DNA of 64,000 bases from Vicugna vicugna (Eukaryota), in assembly GCA_013265495.1 (NCBI GenBank), contig MU061698.1:2618068-2682067 (forward strand). The letters are read 5' to 3'. Positions 48,591 through 61,460 of this stretch are shown piece by piece. Every line of letters starts with the position of its first letter. The first letter of the stretch is position 1. The notes beneath the pieces are model-generated. The model searched no databases, had not been told where the DNA came from, and worked only from the letters and a program-made list of their open reading frames with translations. The translations under genes were made by a program, and so were the position numbers.

Positions 48591-49329
48591 TCACAGTGTA
48601 GTTTTGAAGTAGAATAAAAGCTATAATAAAGGATGACATCGTTGATTAGCTTTGCAAATAAATAGTATTTAAGAACCTGACAAACAGGTAAAAATTTACG
48701 ACCCAACACTTTTAAGAGAAATCTTTCTTGTGGCAAGTTCCAGACAACACTTCTTCTCTCTGCTCCAAGTCTAGAAAAGGGGCGAGTGGAGCGTGGGAGA
48801 GGAAGAGAGACCAGAGGTATTTTCTTGAATAATCTGATGCCTTCGATACTTCACCACAAAGATGCAAGGGAGTGAAATCCCAGGACTGATGGAGAACAGT
48901 GAGGTGTCTAGAGCCCAGAGGAGGGGTTTGCAAAGAACCGTAGGATCGCTGCTCTCAAAGAGCTGAAGGCTTATCCAATTCAACCAGACTGTTCTACTGA
49001 CGGAGAGGTGAGGCTTGGTGATGAAGCGGCCAGTTACACCACTGAGTGGGGACAGAGCTGCTGTCTGAACACAGGTCTCTTGACTCTCAGGCCAATGTTC
49101 TTCCCACTTCGACGAGACACTAGTGGAAACAGTGAAGTAATAAACAGCTACTACAAGAAGCAGAGGCAAATGCCTAGTGGCTGAGGTTGCTGTCAGGGCT
49201 CCTCATGACAACACCTGAGACCCTTGGGACTGAACAGAAGGTGGATTTGCCCTAAAGTTTCAATACTTATATCCCACTTATATAAACTCATGACCAAATA
49301 AAAAAAGGGGACAATGGCTAAAGGAATTG

Positions 49330-49705
49330 GGGGTATGTTCATACAGTAGAATACTTCTCAGTAATAAAAAGGAACAGACTGATGATACAACAGCACGGAT
49401 GAATGGATGGATGAATCTCAGAAACCTGCACGTTGAATGAAGAATCCAGATGCAAAAATAAATAGGGTATGATTCTATTTATCTGAGTTCTTTTAAAAGA
49501 CAAATAATTTATGGTGACAGAGGTTGGAAAGTAGTTGCCTTTGAGGATGGCAAGTGGGTATCAGTTGGAGAGAGTCACGCAGGAAATTTCTGGGGTGATA
49601 CAACTGTCAAATCTCATCGACAGTTTAGAGGCCACTGACAGAGACACTCATAAACTGAGTATTTCATTGCATGTAAATTATGCCTCTATTAAAAATGAAA
49701 AAAGG
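49330..49705 (+). mobile_element. Old L1 (L1MC/ME-type) 3' end
   Basis: catacagtagaatacttctcagtaataaaaaggaac ... gtatgattctatttat ... tgcatgtaaattatgcctc followed by an A-rich tail. Confidence 0.75.
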
Positions 49706-52169
49706 CAAGAAGAAAGCAAGAAAGATATTAACAAGTGATATTATAAATAAATGTTATAGAATATACAAAATATAAAAAAAAATAAATAAAAATAGGGAAA
49801 CCATTAATTTTACAGCCCATTTAACATAATGAATGTCCTTGCTAAGCAAGGGTTTAACTCTCGAAGTGCAAAGAGAGAAACTAAAATTATGCTTTTTCTT
49901 TTTTTAAGGACGGACATCATTAGAAAGGGACGCTCTATTTCTTTGCTGCCTTAAATAGCTCCTATTCATAAAGTAACCTTTTTTCATAATGAGATTTGCA
50001 GCTTTTTCAATCAGCTCTTTCAATCAACTCCTTACACAGAAAAGCTAAAGAATAATTTCAGAGAAGGAAGGGACGCTTGAAATCATCTGGTTCAAGCACA
50101 AAACTGGGTGGCTGTGAAAACAGATTCAGAAAGGGCAGGTGACTTCCCCAGAAGAGGCAGGACTAGAAGCTGGTTTTCTGTTTTTCGGATAAGCACTTTT
50201 CACTGTACCACACTGGCCCATGGCCTTGGGCGATGTCTTAAAGCTAGCCTGCCTTCAGACATCCAGCTTTACAAAGCATTGTCACCAAGAATACTAGAAG
50301 CATCCACGTACAATTATACAGATTGCTTTTCTAATGTGTCTTCCAAGTGAGCTGACACAGACTGTGACTCACAAGCACATTTTACTGCCAGGCTGGCCTT
50401 AATAAAGGAACTGCAGTGTAACGCCAGCCCTGGTGCTCTCCTACTTCTCCTGACAGGCCAGGGACGGTGTGACGGCCCCACAGCCCACTGTAACGGCGCC
50501 TTGGGACCTGAGAAGAAGAAAAGCAGATCCCAGAGACAGCACCATTTTCCCACGAGGTCTGGGTACCACCCCACCAGACTGCTCCATCTTCGGTGCAAAC
50601 TGAGCCTGAGCTTGCTCTGGGGGCCCGAGGGAGCTGGGAACAAGGCTGGATGGAGGTGGGGAAGAACGTTACTGGATGCCAGCGCAGGCCGGGATGCTAG
50701 TACTCGCTCATGCAATTTCACATCACGGGCAGGGAGCATCACTGCGGTTTCCTCATCTGTACAACGAGGATAATAGTGTCCCTTTGTGCGGTGGAGAGAA
50801 CTGAAGGACACAGTGGAAGTCAAAGTCCAGCCCTCTACACATGCAGGGATTCACTGTGACAAGGGGTGGCATAACTTCTTCCCTGAGTCTGGGGAACAGC
50901 GTTATGGCTTCCTCTCCCAGTTGCAACGTCTGGTCCCCTAGCTCTGAGAGCAAGACATGGTTGCATGTAGGTAAAACACAGCTGCCCACCCAACTACCCC
51001 TTGGATTCACAGATACTGGTTCCCAGGTAGACAAAGACCTGAACTCCCTGCCTCTACCAAGAGCTGGAAAAAGGAAGGAAATCTTGAGTTTCTTAGAATA
51101 TGAAAGAATAGGAAAACATATGGTGGGGGCTATGTCTGTCTAGTGATAAATCTTTATGTTTTGGGTATTCTAGGAACTAGGACAGGAATAACACTGAACA
51201 GCCTAAAGTAACTTGATTGGTGCATTTTTTTCCTCACATCTTACTTGTAAAGCAGACATTTATCATTTACTATTTGTGGACAGTAAAACTGAAGTTCAGA
51301 AAAGTGAAGTACTTATCCTGGATGAGCTGTCTAACATTTACGTGGTGAAGCTGGGTTTTGTACGCAGGCCTGTCTGATTCAGTCTTATGGCTTCCCCCCC
51401 TCTCTCTTGCTGTTGACTCAAAAAATAACCCTTTTAGCAGATGTGTGAGCACAGTCTTGACAATGATTACCACATTTACTGCTAGTCCTGGAAGTGATGT
51501 GCAAAATGTTTGCTGGAGGCTTGGGGGCTCTAAGTACAGAATAAACATCAGTTATCTTCGTTGGCTTCATAAGGGAGCTATAGGCCTTGAAATCTAACCG
51601 AGGGTAACAACTGACACTTGCAGACAGCTTTTAGATATTTAGAGAAGACTCTATTAAAAGCACCAATAAAACATTTTCCCCGTTTACACACCAGACTGTC
51701 CACCAGCTTCAGAGTTCACAGAGGCTTTGTGTAGCCCGATTGCCTTTCCCTGCTCGTAGGAGCAGTCAGGGTTCTCTCTCCTGAAGACATCTTCTTTGGA
51801 GATTCTTATCAAGCCGTGAGCAGACAGAGGTGTGGGAGCTACCACTGCAAACTGTGACTCCTACCCCCCAGGTTTAACTTCCAAAGTCTTATAAGAAACT
51901 GAATTTCACATTTTTAAATGGGGAATAAAATCCACTAATGTGAAATGGAGCTATTTCCAACTTAAGGCTGCACGTTTTCAAAGAACAAAGTTCTCTCTGG
52001 AGTATTTTGAGAGAAAGAGGAGACAGGCAGGGGTGAGGGGCTGGATAACCTTTCTGTATGACTCTGATCATGTCAAATGTTTAGGACCTACATAGCCTTA
52101 GGAAAGAATATGGGTTTAGGAGTTTCAAAATGTGGCTTTCAATCTCCCCCATTATTCAGAAGCAAATAT

Positions 52170-52470
52170 GTCACAAAGTCTTTTATTCTCCTAGAATCTC
52201 TCTTCTTTTATCTATGAAATGTAGATCACAATACATCCAACATTCTACTACATTCTGTTATTTAATACATTCTAGATTTATGTAGAACAGAAAATATATC
52301 TATATAACATTCTAGTACATTCTATTATTCAGTAGTAGAATATTAAAGTAAAAGAGAACATGTATTTTAATACTAGAATATCACTAGGTAATATTAGCAA
52401 TAGTAGAATGATAAATTAATAATAAAGTACTTTGTAAGCCATAAAGTGTTAAGTAAATGTTGACCGTCAT
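52170..52470 (+). mobile_element. MIR interrupted by an ACATTCT fold-back expansion
   Basis: MIR 5' part (tatgtcacaaagtc...tatctatgaaatg) and 3' part (aataaagtactttgtaagcc...gtaaatgtt) flank the AT-rich insert. Confidence 0.5.
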
Positions 52471-55400
52471 TTGAGATAGTTACTCGTCAGAAGCTACCCG
52501 ACCAAACAAGACTCAGACTAGGAACCACTAGAGAGAGTGGCTTTTAATACTATGAACTTGCATAGGTTGGTCTCTGGTCCAAAGCTGTTCCACACTTTCC
52601 CACACGAGACAGACAGGGAGACCAGGCTTCCTGGGTTCCTGACTTTCCCAAAGCCATAAAGCCAAAAGGACACGGTGCGAGGATTCAGACCCAGATCTTA
52701 TAAACCCAAGCAAGACTCATTTCACAGCCGCTCTGCCTCCCTTTCTTCACATCCCTTCACATTTCCTTACTTGCTCTTGTCGAGTTTTTAATTTTTCTCC
52801 AACTAATGCCAATACTTAGAGAGCCCTCTAAGGTGGAACAGATTTTGGAAAGCAGGGCTGCAGGCATGGACAGGGAAACGATGGCTTTAACACTCAGTCA
52901 CTGGCCAGCAAGCTTGAAATAAGGGCAATTTCAAGATTTGTCAGAAAATATGAACACGGACAGCAGGACAGACTGAATTTCTCGGCTGACGATGAAAATG
53001 ACTGTTGTTCTCCTCTCACCTGCCCAAAAGCAACCCCAATGTAGCTAAAGGCACCAAGGACAGAGGTCCTGCCTGACAGTGGGCGTAGCAACGCGGCCAG
53101 TTAAGCAGGTAGCCCAGATTGCTTCTTTGTTCTTCTCTACCACTAGAACCAGTCAGTCTAGGAACAGCCCCAAAACAGAGTAATACGACATTTTTATTGA
53201 AAACCATATTGTGACTATACACAGAATATCTTGATCAAGGAATGTACAAACTCCTAATTCATTCACTAACCATAAAGAATGCAAATTTGTCAGCTTCCTC
53301 ATCCGTAAATGATAAGGATTTAGACAGGATCTCTAAAAGCCTGTGCAGCTCCGAGAGTTTAGGATTTTCTGCCACATGAACACAAAATTAGGCAACCAAA
53401 CTGGCCACGAAACCCAGGAATCGAGTCTCATGGACCCAATGCCATTTGTGGGAAGATCTTGAAAAGATTAACTCTATAGTTGGAAATATTTTAATTTCTA
53501 TTCATTTGGGCTCTACTGAAAGTAACACAAACCATTTATTTAGGTATTAAAGAGCAATAAGAAATATGTACCAATTAAATGTCTTATGAAAACCGAGGTG
53601 GTGCATCTAATAGAATTAAAGAGCTCCTAGAATCAAACGGAAAATTCATCCATGCGTTCCTTCATGCGCTGAGCCTCTATTGTGTGCAAAGCATAATTAT
53701 AAGCACCGCAGGGATAGAGTGAGGATTCAGCTCATGGATGCCATCCTTGTCAAGTTGCTCACAGAGAAACAATACGAAGGAACTCCGTACAGCACTGGAA
53801 AGTTGGCAAAACTGAGAAGTCATGGCACACACACCAGATGCTTATTGTCTAAGTCTAGGGCAAATAGGAAAGCGCTAAGACCAGCACCACGTATTGCTAA
53901 AGAAATAGGAACACGCAGGAATGTTTTGTGTTTGCCCTCCTCCAAGCCTATAGACCAAAGAGAGTTATCTTTTATTTTATGCTTAAAGGGACAACATCAA
54001 AGAGTATCAGGCTGAAGATGTGGGGAAGCCAAAGCTCACACAAAGAGAAATGAAAACAGTAGTTTGGCAGTGGAAGCTTTTGATACATTTTTCTTTATTC
54101 TTCCCCTTCTTTAAAGAAGATGAAAATAAACATTTCCTGGAGTTTCGAAAAGGCTAACATGACCCTACAGTTCTGGACAGAAGTAATATATGAAATTTAT
54201 CTGAAATAAAAGGCAAAATTGCCTGAAAGCCTTTGTTCTAAATCCTGGCAGACAGGTGTTCACAAGATATGTTCCAAAGCCCTTGTTTTCTTTGTCAAAA
54301 ATGCAAAGACGTGCACAGGAACAAGATGCACATGTCAGGCAATTATAATGGTTTCCCTGCAACACAAACTATTGTCCTTGCCTATGAGGACTGGGCAGAG
54401 AGGCTCGCCCTTGATGCAAGAGCTGCTCCCTTATTAGACGCCTCTCCCTTTAGGTAGGGATGGGCACAGCCCCCCGCCCACACGCGCTCCGCTGACATCG
54501 CAGTGCAGGGAGCCGCTCCTCGCAGCAGCAGATGTCTTTTCTTGCTGCCACCACTGATGGCTGCTGGAGCTCTTTCTCACTTGCCTTACAGCTTATTCTC
54601 TAGTAGCGTCAGGACCCGTGATTAATAATTTCACCTAACATTGGATTAGATGAGTTTCCTTGTCGGCTAAGGGATGCAACTAATTGATATGTGTCTGTGA
54701 TAAAATGAGGACAGACAGAAAGGAAAATATACTGAACCAAGTAGAAAGTGGCTCTGCCACAAAGTCTTCCCAGGGCTCTCAGTGAGGCAAAGCCTCTCTC
54801 AGGATTGACTGCCTCCTCTCTGAAAAGGGCAGGCTAAAATGAATTCTGTCAGGGTCTGTGAGTGGGAACACTCACTCATCTCTGAAGGACTGGGACATCA
54901 TCCACCTGTAATTTGCAAGCTTCCCACACGGATCATCACTGACCATTCAGATCCTCTCACTCAGTGTCCTAGATGCTACAGCAAAAATTAAGACCGCATT
55001 CTCTGGGCCATGAGAAAAGTATAACCAATGAACATATGAGCAGTTATGGAGCATCAGCTTTCTGTATGGCCTTGTGCCAGGCATTGGGGTGGTAATGAAC
55101 TCGACAAGGAGGTCCTCTGCATTGCAAGAGCTCACCACCTAGTGGGGGAAACTGAGGAATTAAGTTAACATTTCAAGATGGGACTTACGGTAGGTTGGTG
55201 AAAAGTTCCCTAGGATCAAAGATGAGGAAGCAGGTAACCTCTCTGGTGGGGAAGGCCAGTAGCACGACATCTGAACAACTGAGATCATCAGCCAGAGAAC
55301 TCCAAGGAACCAGGTGCATGTATTTCATACTAGCTTTCAAATTAGCACCGGACCTCAGGTCTAGATTGCAAACTAAAAACCAAAGCAAAGCAAACCAAAA

Positions 55401-57589
55401 CCAAAACCCAAGACCAAGAAAAACAAAAAATGAAAACTGAAATCAACAAAGAAATAACAAAGTAGGTTTGATAAAGAGTTAAGACACACAACGTAGAACC
55501 GATAGCACATTTCTATACGTTCCCGCCACTTGCTACCACAACATGTATCATCATGCTGACAAGGAAACAGGGTGTGTACAGAGACAGGTAAGATTCAGAC
55601 CAAAGGTAGGAAACACTTTTGTGGGACCAATATAAAACGCTATGTGGATATTTGGCTGACTGAACCTTTTCTAATCCAAGTTTTTAAAAGGAGTGGTTTG
55701 TGGAAGATTTTGGCTTTAATAATAAGACCTTGGTTTTATTCTTCCTGAAGTGGGCAGAACAAATCTACAGTAAAGTAGTGATACTTTTAATAGTAATACA
55801 ATATACGCATAGGTACTACATAGACCCTGAAAATACATGTATAAACATTTTTCTCTTCTAAATGAGGTGAATCACAATACATAAATAGGCTGAACAAAAA
55901 GAACCAGCAGTGCTTTGCTGGGATAGCCCCGAATGGACAGATTAAACATCCTCATAATTTCTTGAGCTCCTGGGGATTAATGTACTTCATCGTGGTTCGT
56001 GGCTGTGGGAAGGACTCTAAAGAAAATAAATGAGTTGGGGCTGGCTGAGAGTGTAAAGTGGCTGGATTTGTAAGTGAAGACATTTTGCTTAGTGAAATCT
56101 TTCATCAGTTGAACTGCCAAGGCTCCAACAGCCCTTCAAGAACATGTTCAAACCAGTTCTGCCTGCAGACAGAGCGTCGCTAATTGCTCTCCCCAGATTC
56201 TCCTGAACCTTCCTGCATGCAGAAGCACACAAAAAGCCAAGCTGTATACACTGCCTCTAGGGTCCAACCCTCCACCTGTGGAAAGGAATTCAAGTTTCAA
56301 CTCTATCTCGCTGCCACAGGTTTGCTTTGGAGCCTAATTACCAACGAAGTTTGATGACAACATAATTGGCTCCAGGGCCTTCTTGTTCCTTCCAAACAAA
56401 ACAAAAAACAAATTCCTGAAGCAAGACCTGAAATGTACCGCGGGGAATCCAGGATCGGTGATGCAACTCCAAACGGGGGCTGTCTCCTCCCTATCTTCAC
56501 ATCAGCAGCTTCCCTGGAGAGCCTGTCTCCATAAGTGTGGACCGGCTTTGACAAATATTTACTGACAAATGACTATTATTTTAATAGTAATAATCACCTT
56601 CAATCATTTGCTGATGTGCAGCCAACAACATTTGCATAGACGTTATCTCACTTGATGGCCACAACTGAGACTTTAAGGCATTTTCCAGGATCATAGGTGA
56701 GTAAATGGAAAAACTGGGGTGAGAATTCTGGTTAGTCCAAGTGGCAGGCATGAACGTTTTCAAATTTAGTATTATTGCTTCAGATGATAGGAATTCGGGT
56801 GTGACTCTGCCATGTTTAGCCATGTGTACTTGCATTCACCTCTCTGAGCTTCTGTTTTCTTATCAGAAACATGCAGCTGATAATATCTGAAGTCTGTACC
56901 TCATACAGTTGTTTTTAGCGTCAAATGAGAAAATGTATGAAATTGGTCTTCTACTAGAAAATGTCAAACAGCTGTAGAAAACATTATTACTAGAGGTATA
57001 GGGCATGCATATGGGTTTTGGCAGGGAAGTGAGTGACTCCCAACAGACAGAAATGGTTAGGACTGGGTGAAGGTGGAATAAGGCTACAGGAACTGGCTAG
57101 ATTCATAGTAAAATGATCTTCGAGAAGCTTCTGTGAAGGAGCAGAGGGGTGCATAAGTCAGTGAGACCCAGACCATGAGTTTGGCATTCTGTAAGAGGTG
57201 GGGAGGAATGGTGGTTAAAGGTAGAAAGAGAATGCAGCTCCTGTTTACATGTGATATGAGAACAGCGAGAATTAGGGAAGGATTCTAAAAACTGGCTTCA
57301 ACAAAAGATCATTGTGTCTAGGAAAGGGATATCCCATTTGTTTCTAATTTAGCAAGCAGACACAGAATCCTCGATGTGCAGGGCACTACGGGGGAGAGAG
57401 GTGTCAAAAGAGGTGGTCATTGTCTTCCAAGGTTCAGCTCAGGGGGAGAGACACAGACAAAAATACAGGAATTTTGAGAACAGTGGAATATTACAGGCAC
57501 AAAGTGAGATAGCAATACCATGCACACAACATACACACAATGCATGATGTTTATATGTTATACAATAGCCAATATCACATTAATACTAA

Positions 57590-57830
57590 CGCAAACTAAC
57601 AATCATTAAGTGTTTACAGGGGACCGGGCCCTGTGTTGAGTGCCTAACAAGTATCATCTCATGTAATCCCCACAGCAACTGAAGAAGATACCCATTTCTC
57701 TTATAAGCCCCGATACGAAGACGAGGACCCTGAGGCCCAGAGAGGTCAGTTAACCTGCCCGGTCACATCACTGGGACGAATGGAGCTGTGATCACCCCCA
57801 GCCCAAGCTGTCTGACTCGGTGCTGAGACC
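57590..57830 (-). mobile_element. MIR
   Basis: atctcatgtaatccccacagcaac ... gaccctgaggcccagagaggtcagttaacctgcccggtcaca. Confidence 0.75.
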
Positions 57831-57869
57831 TCTTGTCCCTTCTCTTCCAGTTCTCCCTCTTCCCTCCTG

Positions 57870-58088
57870 GTTTATTTTTCTCTTAGCACTTATTGCCTCC
57901 CCAGGATTCTGTATAACTTATGGCTGTTTGGTTTGTTATCTCTCCCTATGAGTGGAAGCTCCCCAGAGGCAGGGTTTTTGTCTCCTCCGCTCACTGTTGT
58001 GCTCACCATTGTATCATCTCAAGGACTAGAAGAGCACCCGGGACTGAGAATGGCCTCAGTAATAATTGTCGAGCAGATAAATGAATAC
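57870..58088 (+). mobile_element. L2 3' end
   Basis: gaagctccccagaggcagggtttttgtctcc ... ataaatgaat. Confidence 0.6.
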
Positions 58089-59149
58089 ATGTTAAGAGAT
58101 CACATTATGCTACTGTGGGTCTCATAGCTGGGGAAGAGGTGGCCGGATGGAAACATTTGGGAGAAGAACGAGATTCACCATGAAAAGGTAGACGGAGAGG
58201 AAAGGAAGAGAATGGAAAAAGCTGTGTAGATAAAGAAACACTGAGAGCAGGTGGTGGGGAAGCAGATGGGAGGAACAGGGGTTGTTTGCAGGTCAGTGAG
58301 GAAAAGGCTGATGAGAGAGATTTACAGTCCACATTCCAGCAAGCACTCAGCTCAGAACACACTCAAAGCTCTGAATTCACTCACGTAACCCAGCCACATA
58401 GCTGGAGGAAGGAATCCCTGCGCCTCCTGCCCTACCATTTGGCTCCTGCCTCATCTCCTCCTACGGCTGAAGTGCAGGGACTCCCAGCATTTCATCCTCT
58501 CTACTCCTCTCCCTGTCGTGGGAAAGTCAGCCAGCTCAGCTACCACTTCCTTTTTGGTGGCCCATGACCTGGCTGCCTGAACTTCACTCATGAAGTCTTT
58601 TACCAAGTGCAGAGCTGAGTAAGACTTGTCTTCTCTCCTTACTTGGGCTTCTGATTCAGCTGTGCAGAACAACCATAGCTGGAAGTCATCATTTTCCCCT
58701 CTTAAGTTGCTACTTGGTAACAAATATATGGGGTGGTGTGCTGTGGGGTGGGAGACTGTCTACTCACAATCATGTGTCTGGGAGGTAGTGTGTTTATGTC
58801 ACTTATTCTAGCCTTGTTTCAAAAGAATATCCTGGGTGGTTGCCAGATCTGAGCTACAAGTCCCAGCTCTATTATTCCCCTACTAAGTGATCTGGACCCG
58901 TCATGTATAAATCATAGTTTCCTCGCTTGAAAACGAAAATGTATGATAGGGGAGGTGGTGGTTAGATTTTTAAGTTCCAGCCAACTCCAATATTCTGTCC
59001 CATTATTAATAACATTTCTCAAATCTCCTATGTAATCAATCTCTTTCCAATAGCCCCAGTCAATACAACTGCTTGCTCCAGCATTCTACAAATGGTTTCT
59101 GCCATTTATTCATACACCTATTGGATCAGTAGCCTTTGAACAGCCACAC

Positions 59150-59640
59150 TGTGAGGAAATAAATCTGCCCTAGACCTGGTTAGGAAGGGGGCAAGAGAAG
59201 ATACGATGAGATCCTACCATCATCTCAAGGAATTTCATATCTAGTAGGAGAGGTAAGGCATATTCAGCTGGGAAACAAGTAACACAAGACAAAACGTGGT
59301 TGAAGATTTCTTAAGAGAGAGATACAGAGATGACAGTGGGAGTTCAGAGGAGAGGTCTGTCACTTTCAGATATAAAAATTAGGGCCAAACATTTTCAGCG
59401 GAAGAGGTATTTGAGTTGGATCTTAAGGGATAAGATACATGTCAGTGGTGGTGGTGATGGTGGTGTTGGTGAAGGAATTCCAGGCAGAGACAACAGTACA
59501 AGCAAAGACACAGTGATGGGAAAACTAATTGCCAATGTAAGGGAAGTATGAAGGTAGTCAGGGATGCAGAGTTAGGAGTCAGATCATGGAGGACCTAGAA
59601 TGCCAATCTGGATTACTGGATATTATGTGATAGATATCAT
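59150..59640 (-). mobile_element. L2 fragment
   Basis: catcatctcaaggaatttcatatctagtagg ... gaaggaattccaggcagagacaacag ... agatcatggaggacctagaatgcc. Confidence 0.6.
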
Positions 59641-60349
59641 TTGACACCATACATTAAGCTACATTCCTCTTTGCAGTCTTCTGCTTATTAAAATGTCTAT
59701 CCTACGACACACTGACCAAGGAGGACTAATAGGGCAGAACTTTCCAGATGAGAGCTTGAACTAATTACTACTGAAAGTTAATGGGGCAAGAATCTACACT
59801 GAGGACAGCAAGATGTCTCTGATAAGTAAATCTGCGGAAACCAGAGAGTATTTTATTGGCACCCCGACCCAAACCAAGCACAAACTGGATGCACTTGCAA
59901 ATGGCAAAACCCCCTCAGTCTACAAGAAAGCAGGAGCTGTTCTCTCTCAAGAGGTAAGCTGTCCACTGGAGAGTCTGGGAGTGTTTGCAAGTGTCCTGTT
60001 CTCTTCAGTTAGTCCTCTGGCAGCTGCTTCTGAACCAAAATAAGTGGCAGGCTCTGGAGCACAAGCCGTACTCCACCGAGAGCGGCACACAGAGACCCAG
60101 GGGAGGAGAGGGCGAGAGGAGACGCTGAGGGGGTGGAGACAGGAAAGAAAGGCTAGGTAGGATTATGCCAGCACGTAGCCTAGGTAACCAGAAAACATCT
60201 TGTACATTCTGCTTGAGAGTTCAGCGGCACATGGAAGAAAAACGTGCCCTACTTCTGTCAACATCAACAGCATGGGAACAGGACATCTCTGTGCCTCAGT
60301 CAAGGTAGGGGCAGAGATCTCCAAGGCCCTTAAATCTTAAGCATCTGGC

Positions 60350-60398
60350 AAAAAAAAAAAAAAAAAAAAAGAAAAAGAAAAAGAAAAAGAAAAAAGAG
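60350..60398. repeat. A21 followed by (GAAAAA)n; 49-nt purine-only tract
   Basis: Read directly from the sequence. Confidence 0.95.
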
Positions 60399-60769
60399 TT
60401 GGAATGTGTGTGTTCAAGGGCGCGCGCGTGTGTGTGTGTTTGGTGGGGGTGGTAGTGGAGTGTGGTGGTGAAGAAAGCTAACGATGCAGAAGTTCAGAGT
60501 GAGGTATTGTGAAGGTCCCAGAGCACTGGGGCTACCTAGTTTTGAAGGTAGCATCCTATCAGCTCAAGGGTTGAGTGGATATCCTGTAAAGGAAGGGCTC
60601 AACCCAGGTGGCTCACACTCTCCAGAGACAGGACATGGAGACAGACACCTTGCTATCTTCCTCAGTTCAGCAGACCATAAGGTTCTGGGGGAGAAAGCAA
60701 GCAATGGACTTTGTAGGTCCTCTAGTGAACATATTAGTGAATTATGGCTAATTTACAGCTAATACTTAA

Positions 60770-61370
60770 TATCAATTACAATGTGCCAGGAACTGTCCTG
60801 AGAAACATGTATGTGAACATACACACATATATAAACACATGTCTGTAAATGAGTATATATGTATGACTATACAGTCAGTNNNNNNNNNNNNNNNNNNNNN
60901 NNNNNNNNNNNNNNNNNNNNNNNNNNNNNNNNNNNNNNNNNNNNNNNNNNNNNNNNNNNNNNNNNNNNNNNNNNNNNNNNNNNNNNNNNNNNNNNNNNNN
61001 NNNNNNNNNNNNNNNNNNNNNNNNNNNNNNNNNNNNNNNNNNNNNNNNNNNNNNNNNNNNNNNNNNNNNNNNNNNNNNNNNNNNNNNNNNNNNNNNNNNN
61101 NNNNNNNNNNNNNNNNNNNNNNNNNNNNNNNNNNNNNNNNNNNNNNNNNNNNNNNNNNNNNNNNNNNNNNNNNNNNNNNNNNNNNNNNNATTTGTAGACA
61201 CATATACTCACAGACACTCTCATTTAATCCCCATACCAATCCTTTTATAGAAACTCTTACTATCCTCATTTTAGATAAGAAAACTAAAACATCAAGAAGG
61301 TGTGTAACTTTGCCAAGACCACCTGGCTAGTCTGTGGTGGAACTGGGAACTGAACACAATTTCACAGTTC
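60770..61370 (-). mobile_element. MIR split by an AT/CA-rich low-complexity insert and an N gap
   Basis: atgtgccaggaactgtcctgag on the left; tctcatttaatccccat...cattttagataagaaaactaaaac...tgtaactttgccaagaccac on the right. Confidence 0.65.
60880..61189. other. Assembly gap (310 N)
   Basis: N run inside low-complexity DNA within a MIR. Confidence 0.99.
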
Positions 61371-61420
61371 ATTCTGGGAAAAAGAGGTGAAGCTGCTGTG
61401 CATAAAGAAGAAAATGTACC

Positions 61421-61423
<3 letters not shown>

Positions 61424-61457
<34 letters not shown>
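61424..61457. repeat. (AC)17 microsatellite; (UG)17 on the LPP sense strand
   Basis: Read directly from the sequence. Confidence 0.95.

Positions 61458-61460
<3 letters not shown>

Noticed and set aside
50314-50823. 169-aa minus-strand ORF and neighbours
   Set aside because: Starts in a MIR relic, has no domain signature and is S/L/R-rich like random GC-rich ORFs.
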